From the NCBI GenBank assembly GCA_945859975.1, contig CAMAPH010000003.1, forward strand, positions 64,001-128,000: a stretch of 64,000 nt of DNA, given 5' to 3'. A program made the translations under genes and the position numbers. Under the pieces are notes generated by a model. The model saw only the letters and a program-made list of their open reading frames with translations. It had not been told where the DNA came from and ran no database searches. This DNA comes from Chthonomonas calidirosea (GTDB taxonomy: Bacteria > Armatimonadota > Fimbriimonadia > Fimbriimonadales > Fimbriimonadaceae). Shown piece after piece: positions 29,200 through 37,819 of this stretch (positions are counted from its first letter, which is position 1; each line of letters opens with the position of its first letter).

Positions 29200-30191
29200 G
29201 CCGACACGCCGATTGCGCTTTCTGGATCGGTCGCTATATCGAGCGTGCCGAAGCTACGGCGCGCATGATCGACGTGCATTATCACTTCGGCCTAGAAAGT
29301 CCACTGGTGGGCCGAGCGCTCACGTGGGAGGCGATTCTCGCCATCTCGGGCCAGAAGAAGAAATTCAACTTGCGCTACCGAGAGATCAACGAGCGCAATA
29401 TCCTGCATTTCTTCGCGTTCGACCAAAACAATTCGAACTCGATTCTGAACTGCGTCCGTTTGGCCCGCGAGAACGGGCGAGCAATCCGCGACCAGATTTC
29501 CAGCGAAATGTGGGAGTCGCTTAATCGCTACTATCTCGACTATCGGCGTTGGAACGTGGATCGGGTCATCTCCGAGTCGCCGTTTGCGTTCTTCCAAAGC
29601 GTCAAGAACGGCTCTCACCTTTTCCAAGGCATCACCAACCGAACGCTGATGATGGGCGAGACCCGCGACTTTCACGATGCTGGGCGCTTCTTAGAGCGAG
29701 CCGACCAAACGGCCCGAATTCTGGACGTGAAGTACCACGACTTGCTTCCTCGATTTACTTCTGATGTCTCTATTCCGGCCCCCACCGATCCAGCGGTTGT
29801 CGATCCGTTCTCGGTTGGCGGCACGGTCGATACCCACGGCTGGACCGCCGTTCTGAAGTCCGTTGGCGCTTTCGAAGCCTTCCGCAAGACTTATCGGCAA
29901 GGGGTCACCCCGGCGCGGGTCGCCGAGTTTCTGATCCTCAACCCTCAATTCCCGGCCTCGGTTCGACACAGCATCGGTCGCGTCGAAGGCTGCGTTCGGC
30001 GGGTAAGTGGAAATCGCGACCTCAGCCCGAGTAACCCAGCTGAGCGTGCCGTCGGGCGCCTGTACAACGACCTCAATTATCTGCGCGCAGATGAGATCAT
30101 CGCTTCTGGACTTCACGAGTTTTTGGAAACGGTCGAGAAAAGGTGCGCAGAAATCGGCTTTGCAATCGGCGCAACCTATCTAAAATACTAG
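29193..30191 (+). CDS. Alpha-E domain protein
   Basis: MLSRHADCAFWIGRYIERAEATAR, ARENGRAIRDQISSEMW, GRFLERADQTARILDVKY. Confidence 0.93.
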   Translation: MLSRHADCAFWIGRYIERAEATARMIDVHYHFGLESPLVGRALTWEAILAISGQKKKFNLRYREINERNILHFFAFDQNNSNSILNCVRLARENGRAIRDQISSEMWESLNRYYLDYRRWNVDRVISESPFAFFQSVKNGSHLFQGITNRTLMMGETRDFHDAGRFLERADQTARILDVKYHDLLPRFTSDVSIPAPTDPAVVDPFSVGGTVDTHGWTAVLKSVGAFEAFRKTYRQGVTPARVAEFLILNPQFPASVRHSIGRVEGCVRRVSGNRDLSPSNPAERAVGRLYNDLNYLRADEIIASGLHEFLETVEKRCAEIGFAIGATYLKY

Positions 30192-30231
30192 TCCTTTTGG
30201 GACCAACGCTCGTCCGTATTTCACCTTTACC

Positions 30232-31119
30232 ATGTACCTTCAAATTCGGCACCAAACGGAGTATCGCTACTCCGGAGTGTGCACCGAGAGCCATAACGAA
30301 ATTCGAGTGCAACCGTTCGATAATGAGTTTCAACGGCTTCTTGAGTTTAAACTCCAAACCTCGCCGGCCGTACGCATCTATCATCACCAAGAAATTGGCG
30401 GCACGGTTCACCACTTCAGCATTCGGGCGTGGCACGAGCGGCTCGTGATCGAAGCCAGCGCAACCGTCGAAACCCTCGCGTTCAATCCATTCTCGCGGGT
30501 AAATCTCGTTAACCTTGATTTCGATTTCTACAAGACTGACTTCGTAAAGCAGAACTACGCAGAATTCCTGGTTCCGTCCTTATACGTTCCACACTTGCCG
30601 GAAGCGCATCAACTCGCCGTACCGTTCTTAGACCCAAGCAAGCCAGCGGCCGTTGGCCTGCTCGATCTCAATAGGCACTTCCATGAATGGCTCTCGTACG
30701 ACACGGACGCGACTCACGTCCAGTCCACCTTGCCCGAAGTGCTCCAAAAGCGGGCTGGCGTTTGCCAGGACTTTGCCCACCTTATGCTGGCCGCTTGCCG
30801 AAGTCACGGAATCCCCGCGCGCTACGTCAGCGGATACTTGTACATCGGTAAAGATTCCAGCATGCGCGGAGAGCAAGCGACTCACGCGTGGATTGAATGC
30901 CTAATGCCGGACGGAAAATGGGTTGGCTTTGACCCTACAAACAATCTGCTCGTGAACAACCAGTACGTGAAAATTCACTGGGGCCTGGACTACGGCGATG
31001 TATCACCCACGAAGGGCGTTTACATCGGTCCGAAAACCGAGAGCCTCTCAATCCACGTTGGAATCAAAGAACTCGTGCCGTCAGAAGTCTCGGTTCTAAA
31101 CTACACGCCTATCGCTTGA
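30232..31119 (+). CDS. Transglutaminase family protein (Bact_transglu_N + core)
   Basis: IRHQTEYRY, GVCQDFAH, ARYVSGY, HAWIE, GFDPTN, DYGDVSP. Confidence 0.93.
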   Translation: MYLQIRHQTEYRYSGVCTESHNEIRVQPFDNEFQRLLEFKLQTSPAVRIYHHQEIGGTVHHFSIRAWHERLVIEASATVETLAFNPFSRVNLVNLDFDFYKTDFVKQNYAEFLVPSLYVPHLPEAHQLAVPFLDPSKPAAVGLLDLNRHFHEWLSYDTDATHVQSTLPEVLQKRAGVCQDFAHLMLAACRSHGIPARYVSGYLYIGKDSSMRGEQATHAWIECLMPDGKWVGFDPTNNLLVNNQYVKIHWGLDYGDVSPTKGVYIGPKTESLSIHVGIKELVPSEVSVLNYTPIA

Positions 31120-31669
31120 CGAGTTTCCACGCCGCAGGCAGCATGCCCCAAGCGATTACGGACTTCGCAAACGCGCCGGAAATAAAGGGCGCGACGCCAA
31201 GGTTCCACGCCTGACCGGAAGGAACAAAGAAGCTCAGCCAAGTGGCGCCTACGGCGAGAATCACGACGTTGGAAATCACCAATCCGAGGCCAAGGCCCCA
31301 TACATTCTTGGTCCAACCACGCTCGGTGGCCCAGCCAAGGAGCCAAGCTGCCATTGCGAAAGCCACGAGGTATCCACCCGTTGGCCCCATCAACTTTGCC
31401 GGTCCACCCGAGAACTCTGCAAAGATTGGTAATCCAGCCGCCCCGGCAAGCACGTAAGAAACCTGAGTCGCTGCGGCCAATCGTGCTCCGTAGGTTAGAC
31501 CGCAGACGGTAACCGCGAGCGTTTGCAGCGTAAATGGCACCGGCTGCCACGGCAACGAACATTGCGCTGCGAGTGCGGTGAACAGCACGCCAAAGATCAC
31601 TAACCCGATGTCGCGAACCAAAGTCCGGTTCGGCAGAACGTATGACACCAAGGTCGCCTCTGAGTTCAT
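31109..31669 (-). CDS. bioY: Biotin transporter S component
   Basis: PVPFTLQTLAV, GAAGLPIFA, GPTGGYL. Confidence 0.92.
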   Translation of the reverse strand: MNSEATLVSYVLPNRTLVRDIGLVIFGVLFTALAAQCSLPWQPVPFTLQTLAVTVCGLTYGARLAAATQVSYVLAGAAGLPIFAEFSGGPAKLMGPTGGYLVAFAMAAWLLGWATERGWTKNVWGLGLGLVISNVVILAVGATWLSFFVPSGQAWNLGVAPFISGAFAKSVIAWGMLPAAWKLVKR

Positions 31670-31714
31670 ATCAAGAGTTTGTACCCTTATGCAGGGTTGG
31701 GTAACTTCCCAGAC

Positions 31715-32767
31715 ATGCCTTCGGTTTCGTTTTCCGTGCTATCCCTGCAGAAGTTGTATCCATTGGCGATCAGCCGCGGAGTGATGACATCGTCGGACAA
31801 CCTCTTTGTCACGGTTCGAGATGGCGATCTAGAAGGCATTGGCGAACTCTCTCCCGCAACCGGATCAGCTTGGACCGCCGTGTCTGGCCAAGCCCAACTG
31901 ACGGCCTTCGTTGATCTCTGGAGTGCGGACCCAGATTTTCTTTCGCCCCACGTGACGTACCAGCGCATGTTGGAGGCAACTATCGATCCTCCGGCCATGG
32001 CCGCCTTAGATGTTGCGCTTTGGGATCTCCTGGCAAAGCGGGCGGGACTGCCCTTGTACCGCCTTCTGGGCTTGCCGTTGCCGACCGTGCCGACCAGCGT
32101 CACGATCGGAATCAATCCACCCGAAGTCACGCGTGAGCGGGTGCCAGACATTCTTCGCCGAACCGGCGCAAAGTGCCTAAAGATCAAGCTGGGTTCGCCG
32201 GATGGGCGCGAACACGACCGCGCCCATTTCCTCGCCGCTGCTGAAGCGGCAGCACCCTTCAACGCCGCCCTCCGGGTTGACGCTAACGGCGGCTGGACGG
32301 TGGATGAAACCAATGAGATGATTCCTTGGCTTGCGGATCGCGGTGTGGAATATGTCGAGCAGCCATTGCCGAAGGGAGCAGAGGCAGATCTTCCTCGTGT
32401 GTTTGAGAACCGCAAACTGCCCATCTTCGTGGATGAAAGTTGCCGCACCAGCCACGATATTCCGAGCTTCGCTAAGTACACCGACGGCGTGAACTTGAAG
32501 CTCATGAAATGCGGCGGAATAACGGAAGCCTTGCGAATCGTGGGGACGGCTCGCGCTCATGGCCTACAAACGATGATCGGCTGCATGAGTGAGGCATCCA
32601 TTGCGATCGCCGCCGGAGCCGCGATCGGTGCGCTCTTCGACTACATCGATTTGGACAGCCACCTGAATCTGAATCCGGACCCGGCATCTGGTGCTCCAAT
32701 CATCGATGGCGTTGTCATTCCAACCGAGGCCCCAGGTCATGGAGCTCAACTCAATGCTTCCAACTAA
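31715..32767 (+). CDS. Enolase-superfamily dipeptide epimerase / N-acetyl-D-Glu racemase (DgcA-like)
   Basis: KIKLG, RVDANGGW, VEQP, VDES, NLKLMKCGG, DLD. Confidence 0.88.
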   Translation: MPSVSFSVLSLQKLYPLAISRGVMTSSDNLFVTVRDGDLEGIGELSPATGSAWTAVSGQAQLTAFVDLWSADPDFLSPHVTYQRMLEATIDPPAMAALDVALWDLLAKRAGLPLYRLLGLPLPTVPTSVTIGINPPEVTRERVPDILRRTGAKCLKIKLGSPDGREHDRAHFLAAAEAAAPFNAALRVDANGGWTVDETNEMIPWLADRGVEYVEQPLPKGAEADLPRVFENRKLPIFVDESCRTSHDIPSFAKYTDGVNLKLMKCGGITEALRIVGTARAHGLQTMIGCMSEASIAIAAGAAIGALFDYIDLDSHLNLNPDPASGAPIIDGVVIPTEAPGHGAQLNASN

Positions 32768-33809
32768 CGCCAAACTCGCGCTATACATGGAGCAGAGCCT
32801 CACCATTCCCGCCGGGAAGATGGGGCACGGCGTTCTTCGGTACTCGCCAAACGAGATCAGCGCCGTGATTGACTCCGAATTCGCCGGGAGATCAACCGGC
32901 GAGTTCGGTTTCCCGCGAGATGTTCCGATTGTCGCATCCGTTGAGGACGCCGCCGCCCTCGGTGCAAATGTCTTCGTTCTTGGGATTGCACCATCTGGAG
33001 GCGCAATTCCCGCCGAATGGTTTACGGTCATCGATCGGGCAGTCGAACTCAAAATGTCGCTGGTGAACGGACTTCACGACCGTCTAGGCGCACGCTATAC
33101 CGACCTCCCACGCCTTGAAGATGCCAAGGGCCGTGCTCAATGGGTCTGGGACATCCGAGTTGAACCCACTGGATTGGTGAACGGCACTGGATTGGCCGCA
33201 AAGTTCAATAACCGCCGTGTGCTGATCATCGGAACCGATATGGCGGTGGGGAAAATGACCGCCGGTCTAGAGATCAACCGCCTTGCGCTTGAGCGAGGCA
33301 TCAAATCCGCGTTCGTGGCAACGGGCCAGATCGGAATCACGATCACCGGTGGCGGAGTTCCTCTCGATTGCGTCCGCGTGGACTTTGCGAGTGGCTCCAT
33401 TGAGCGAGAAGTAGTCGCCGCAAGTTCAGCTGGCGCGGACTTGGTGATCATCGAGGGCCAAGGCTCCTTGGCACATCCGAGCAGCACGGCGAACCTACCA
33501 CTTTTGCGCGGCTCGTGCCCAACGCATCTTCTGCTTTGCGTTCGAGCCAAGCAAGAGCACTTAAAGATGCTTGAGCACATCAAGGTTCCGGACCTTCGCC
33601 AGTTCATCACGTTGTATGAGGACCTTGCGGAGGCTGCTGGAACCTACCTACGCCCGAAAACGGTGGCGGTCGCCGTGAACACCGCCCATCTTTCCGAAGC
33701 GGAAGCCATTCCGGCGATTAAGGAGATTGAGGACCGGCTGCAGTTGCCTGCCGCCGATCCAGTTCGTCAGGGTCCGGTGCGATTGCTGGATGCTCTCGTT
33801 AGCCCATAG
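32754..33809 (+). CDS. DUF1611 protein (D-glutamate N-acetyltransferase DgcN-like)
   Basis: GKMGHGVLRY, NGLH, GTDMAVGKMT, ATGQIGI, IEGQGSLAHP, LLRGSCP. Confidence 0.88.
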   Translation: MLPTNAKLALYMEQSLTIPAGKMGHGVLRYSPNEISAVIDSEFAGRSTGEFGFPRDVPIVASVEDAAALGANVFVLGIAPSGGAIPAEWFTVIDRAVELKMSLVNGLHDRLGARYTDLPRLEDAKGRAQWVWDIRVEPTGLVNGTGLAAKFNNRRVLIIGTDMAVGKMTAGLEINRLALERGIKSAFVATGQIGITITGGGVPLDCVRVDFASGSIEREVVAASSAGADLVIIEGQGSLAHPSSTANLPLLRGSCPTHLLLCVRAKQEHLKMLEHIKVPDLRQFITLYEDLAEAAGTYLRPKTVAVAVNTAHLSEAEAIPAIKEIEDRLQLPAADPVRQGPVRLLDALVSP

Positions 33810-35031
33810 GAGCAACGTTCCAAAGGGCTGCCATCGGCAAGCCGATGATGTGCTTGTTAATGCGAACCGTTCGAGTGCCATCGTACAGAATGACCCCGCG
33901 ATGGAATCGCTCGGGATCGAGCGACTGGAGATACTCCAGCCCGTGCGAGTCACTCGGACTTAGGCTTCTTGAAGCTTTCACTTCAATACCGACAATCTTT
34001 CGGTCACCGACTTCCAGAACAAAGTCGACCTCTTTCTGACGCACCGTTCGCAGGTGGTGCAGCCATGGACGAACGTCGGAGTACGTCTGCAGTCGAGCAA
34101 GCTCATTCGCCACAAAGCCCTCCAAAATCGGCCCAAGCCGCAGTCGATCCTGCTTCAGATGACTTGCCTCGATGTGCAGGAGGTGACTCGTCAGCAACGA
34201 ATCACACAGGTACACCTTCGGTGACTTGACGAACCTCGTGCCGATGTTGCCGGACCACGCAGGTACCTGCTGGACCAAGAACATCTTCGCCATGAGATCG
34301 ATGTAGCGACGAACCGTGGTGGACGGAATCCCGGTGTCTCGAGAAAGACTGTCGATGTTCAACGTGCCGCCGTTTCTTGCGGCCAGCAGGCGAAAAATCT
34401 GAGGAAACTGACGCGCCCCTTCGATGTTTGCCAAGTCGCGAACGTCACGATCAAGCAGCGTTCGAATGTACGAATCTGCCCAGTCCCTACGCCGATCTGC
34501 CCTTCGAGCGAGGGCAGGCTGCGGAAATCCGCCCCGGACAACGCGGTCGATGAGATCGTCCTCCTCCGGCCAGGTCCCGGCCTGAATTGGATCATCCGAA
34601 AAGATGCGGTCGATGAAGTTTCCATCATGACCGTCAATTTCAGCCTGAGTGAGCGGAAGAAGATCGAGCACCTCCATCCTGCCTGCAAGACTTTCCGAGA
34701 CCTTCGGTAGCGTCAGTACGTTCGCCGAGCCGGTTAGGAGGTAGCGACCCGCTGTCCGGTTTCGATCAACCCGGAGTTTGATCGGAAGCAACATCTTCGG
34801 CGCGCGCTGCACTTCGTCGATGGTCACCGCCCCCGGAAAGCTATCCAAGAAATCGCCCGCGTTCGTGGTGATTTGCTCAAGAATGACCGGATCGTCAAGC
34901 GTGACGTACTCGCGGTCGGTCAGCTCCTCGACCAGCGTGCTCTTGCCCGCCTGTCGGGGACCAACGATCATCGCTACCGGATTGTCCGAGAGCGCATCGC
35001 GCAGCTTCTTGATAAGTCTTCGCCTGACCAC
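33799..35031 (-). CDS. AAA_14 ATPase with DUF4143 and a C-terminal PD-(D/E)xK-like domain
   Basis: GPRQAGKSTL, IDEVQR, LLTGSA, ESLAGR, RGGFP, KSPKVYLCD, EVDFVLE...GIEVK. Confidence 0.92.
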   Translation of the reverse strand: MVRRRLIKKLRDALSDNPVAMIVGPRQAGKSTLVEELTDREYVTLDDPVILEQITTNAGDFLDSFPGAVTIDEVQRAPKMLLPIKLRVDRNRTAGRYLLTGSANVLTLPKVSESLAGRMEVLDLLPLTQAEIDGHDGNFIDRIFSDDPIQAGTWPEEDDLIDRVVRGGFPQPALARRADRRRDWADSYIRTLLDRDVRDLANIEGARQFPQIFRLLAARNGGTLNIDSLSRDTGIPSTTVRRYIDLMAKMFLVQQVPAWSGNIGTRFVKSPKVYLCDSLLTSHLLHIEASHLKQDRLRLGPILEGFVANELARLQTYSDVRPWLHHLRTVRQKEVDFVLEVGDRKIVGIEVKASRSLSPSDSHGLEYLQSLDPERFHRGVILYDGTRTVRINKHIIGLPMAALWNVAPMG

Positions 35032-35063
35032 AAGAATAATTTACCTAACAACCTGCACAATTC

Positions 35064-35217
35064 CACCATCAAGTAGCGGATTTTACACCACTAGATGGAG
35101 GATTTTACGCCATTTGTCGGCGGAGGACCCCACAACTCGTGGCGCAGAATTCGTCGATCCACGAAGGATAATCCTCCACTTGGTGGCGGATTATCCACCA
35201 CCAAGTGGAGGATTATG
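35064..35217. repeat. Degenerate tandem array, 7 x 22 bp, internally palindromic
   Basis: caccatcaagtagcggatttta / caccactagatggaggatttta / cgccatttgtcggcggaggacc / ccacaactcgtggcgcagaatt / cgtcgatccacgaaggataatc / ctccacttggtggcggattatc / caccaccaagtggaggattatg; perfect 19-bp inverted repeat 35168-35186 vs 35198-35216. Confidence 0.8.
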
Positions 35218-35266
35218 ACAAATTTTATCAGAAATCAAATTCGATTTCTAAGAAAGAACTGAAAAG

Positions 35267-35968
35267 TCAGCGACGCGCGGCTACGAGAATTTTGCGCCAG
35301 CGCTCAGACAAAAAGTCGGTCGAAACGCCTTTCTTGCCGCTCGAGCTATGAACAAAGTAGCCATTGCCTAGATAGATACCGGTATGACCAATCTTCCAGC
35401 GTCGGTTCTCCCAGAAGTACAACCGATCGCCCTTCTGCAAATCCTCTAAACGCTCGATTGGTTGCCCCACCATGGCTTGCTCGGAGGCCGTTCGAGGGAG
35501 CTTTAAACCGATCTCGCCGTAAAGTTTCTGAACGAAGGCGCTGCAGTCGATTCCATTCTGGATATCGTTTCCACCCCACTTGTACGGCGTGCCGATGAAG
35601 TTCAACGACCATTGCGCCACCGCGCCACGAGAGGTGGTGCTTGCCAAAGGCAACCCTTTGGATCGCGTATTCGACGCGCGAGACACCGTGACTTCATACG
35701 GGAGTACGGCTACTTTTGCGGACGGGACGTAGCCTTGGGTGCCGTTTGACATCAACACTTTCAACCACTTCGGGTTGCTGTACCAATTGACACAGATGTA
35801 CTCAAACGCCTTGGCAGTGTAATAGGCGCGACTCTGGCTGTTGGGTGCGCGATAGATTTTGGTCGTTTCGACGGTTTGGCCATACCGGCCGAGGACCGAC
35901 TTGGTGTCAGCCGCAAGCACGCCTTGAGCAATCGCTAAGGCGGTTACGGTTAACACCAACGTTTTCAT
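35267..35968 (-). CDS. Secreted NlpC/P60 (C40) peptidase with an SH3-like N-terminal domain
   Basis: Signal peptide; GTPYKWGG...GIDCSAFV...LPRTA...GHTGIYLG...FVHSS; ATGA overlap with purQ. Confidence 0.92.
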   Translation of the reverse strand: MKTLVLTVTALAIAQGVLAADTKSVLGRYGQTVETTKIYRAPNSQSRAYYTAKAFEYICVNWYSNPKWLKVLMSNGTQGYVPSAKVAVLPYEVTVSRASNTRSKGLPLASTTSRGAVAQWSLNFIGTPYKWGGNDIQNGIDCSAFVQKLYGEIGLKLPRTASEQAMVGQPIERLEDLQKGDRLYFWENRRWKIGHTGIYLGNGYFVHSSSGKKGVSTDFLSERWRKILVAARR

Positions 35969-36651
35969 TTCGCCATCACCAACTGAAAGCCCTTCAAAAT
36001 CCCAATACCGTCCGTTCCACCTAAGATCGATCGCGTTGCTCGTTCTGGGTGTGGCATTAGGCCAAGAACGTTCCCAGCCTCATTCAATACGCCCGCAATT
36101 CCGTCAACGCTCCCGTTCGGGTTTGAGTCCGCATCAAAGGCTCCAGAAGCATTGACGTATCGAAACGCGATTTGTGCACGATCTTCCATGCGTTTCAGAT
36201 CATCGGGCTCGACAACGTAGCGACCTTCTCCGTGAGCGATTGGGATTCGAACAATGTCGGCGGCTTCCGCGGTCCACGCAGACCGGCGGGTTTCGGTCTT
36301 TAAAAAGACATCGCGACATACAAACTTCTGCTGCTCATTTAGCAGCAATGCTCCCGGAAGAAGACCTGCCTCACAAAGAATCTGAAATCCGTTGCAAGCG
36401 CCCAGCACGGGTCCGCCTTCTGCCGCAAAGCGCACAACTTCTTGCATCACGTTCGAGCGCGAGGCCATCGCGCCACATCGAAGATAGTCGCCGTAGCTGA
36501 AGCCGCCCGGAACAAATACTCCGTCGAACCCCTTCAGAGAAGTCTCTTCGTGCCAAACGTACGCGGCATCAATTCCCATGTCTGCAGTCAGGGCGAAAAA
36601 CGCGTCCTGATCACAATTTGAACCGGGGAATCGGAGAACCGCGACTTTCAA
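35965..36651 (-). CDS. purQ: FGAM synthase glutaminase subunit
   Basis: FPGSNCD, PGGFSYGDYLRCG, GACNGFQIL, AHGEG, GLMPHPER. Confidence 0.97.
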   Translation of the reverse strand: MKVAVLRFPGSNCDQDAFFALTADMGIDAAYVWHEETSLKGFDGVFVPGGFSYGDYLRCGAMASRSNVMQEVVRFAAEGGPVLGACNGFQILCEAGLLPGALLLNEQQKFVCRDVFLKTETRRSAWTAEAADIVRIPIAHGEGRYVVEPDDLKRMEDRAQIAFRYVNASGAFDADSNPNGSVDGIAGVLNEAGNVLGLMPHPERATRSILGGTDGIGILKGFQLVMAK

Positions 36652-36653
36652 GG

Positions 36654-36887
36654 TCAGACAATCTCCTTGATCTCGAACCGCTCAATGACTGGGTTTGCCA
36701 GGAGCTTCTCGCACATTTCCTTGACGCGAGCTTCTGAGTACTCAGCAAGTTCGATCTCGATCAGCTTGCCCACTCGCACTTCGCTCACTTCGGTGAAACC
36801 AAGATTTTGGAGCGAGCCGGCCACGGTTCTCCCTGCGGAGTCAAGCAATGAGGGCTTTAGCGTAACGAGAATTTGAGCGCGGGCCAC
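36654..36887 (-). CDS. purS: FGAM synthase subunit PurS
   Basis: VTLKPSLLDSAG...VRVGK...MCEKLLANPVIE; GTG start at 36887. Confidence 0.95.
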   Translation of the reverse strand: MARAQILVTLKPSLLDSAGRTVAGSLQNLGFTEVSEVRVGKLIEIELAEYSEARVKEMCEKLLANPVIERFEIKEIV

Positions 36888-36932
36888 ATCTATAGTTTGG
36901 CTTATTCTGGCCACACCGGTAGACTCCCGCCA

Positions 36933-37802
36933 ATGAAACTGAAGCTAGGATTACCGAAAGGGAGCTTACAAGAGGCCACATTTGCGCTTTTTGCTCGTGC
37001 CGGCTATTCGATCAAGGTCGACGGACGATCCTATCAGCCTATCGTTGACGACGAAACGCTGGAGCCAGTCCTCCTGCGTCCGCAAGAGATTCCACTTTAC
37101 GTTGCCGACGGCGTGATTGACGCTGGCCTTACAGGTAAAGACTGGATTGAGGACACGGGCGCGGACCTCCAAGAGATCTGCGAACTGCGTTACAGCAAGC
37201 TCACGAACAATCCGATTCGCATTGTTCTCGCCGTTCACCAGGACAGCGACATCCACTCGGCTGCAGACCTGGCCGGAAAGCGATTGGCCAGCGAGTACGT
37301 TCGTCTCACGCAGCGATATCTCGACAAGCACGGTGTCCAAGCCGAGGTTGAGTTCAGTTGGGGTGCAGACGAAGTAAAGGTGCCGACCCTCGTTGATGCG
37401 ATCGTCGTAAACACCGAAACCGGAAACTCCCTCCGAGCACACAACCTCCGAATCGTGGACACCCTGCTAACTTCCACCACTCGATTCGTCGCTTCGAATC
37501 AGGCTTGGGCTGATCCTTGGAAACGAGAACGAATCGAGTCGCTCCAGATTCTGCTCACCGGAGCTATGAACGCTTCGAAGCTGGTGGGGCTGAAGATGAA
37601 CTTGCCAAAAGCGAGCCAATCTGAAATCCTATCAATTCTCCCGGCGTTGAACACACCAACGCTATCCACCCTGTCCGATGAGAATTGGGTGGCGGCCGAG
37701 GTCATTCTCAGCGAAAAGGAAGTACGGGACCTGATCCCGGCTCTAAAGCGCGCAGGCGCAACGGGATTGGTGGAGTACCCACTAAATAAGGTCATCTATT
37801 AG
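36933..37802 (+). CDS. hisG: ATP phosphoribosyltransferase, long form
   Basis: LGLPKGSL, LRPQEIP, DAGLTGKD, TETGNSLRAHNL, C-terminal regulatory domain. Confidence 0.95.
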   Translation: MKLKLGLPKGSLQEATFALFARAGYSIKVDGRSYQPIVDDETLEPVLLRPQEIPLYVADGVIDAGLTGKDWIEDTGADLQEICELRYSKLTNNPIRIVLAVHQDSDIHSAADLAGKRLASEYVRLTQRYLDKHGVQAEVEFSWGADEVKVPTLVDAIVVNTETGNSLRAHNLRIVDTLLTSTTRFVASNQAWADPWKRERIESLQILLTGAMNASKLVGLKMNLPKASQSEILSILPALNTPTLSTLSDENWVAAEVILSEKEVRDLIPALKRAGATGLVEYPLNKVIY

Positions 37803-37819
37803 GTCACACTAAACACTAG

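Noticed and set aside
35064..35217. 22-bp array as a CRISPR array
   Set aside because: Units abut with no unique spacers, the period is too short, and no cas genes are in the window.
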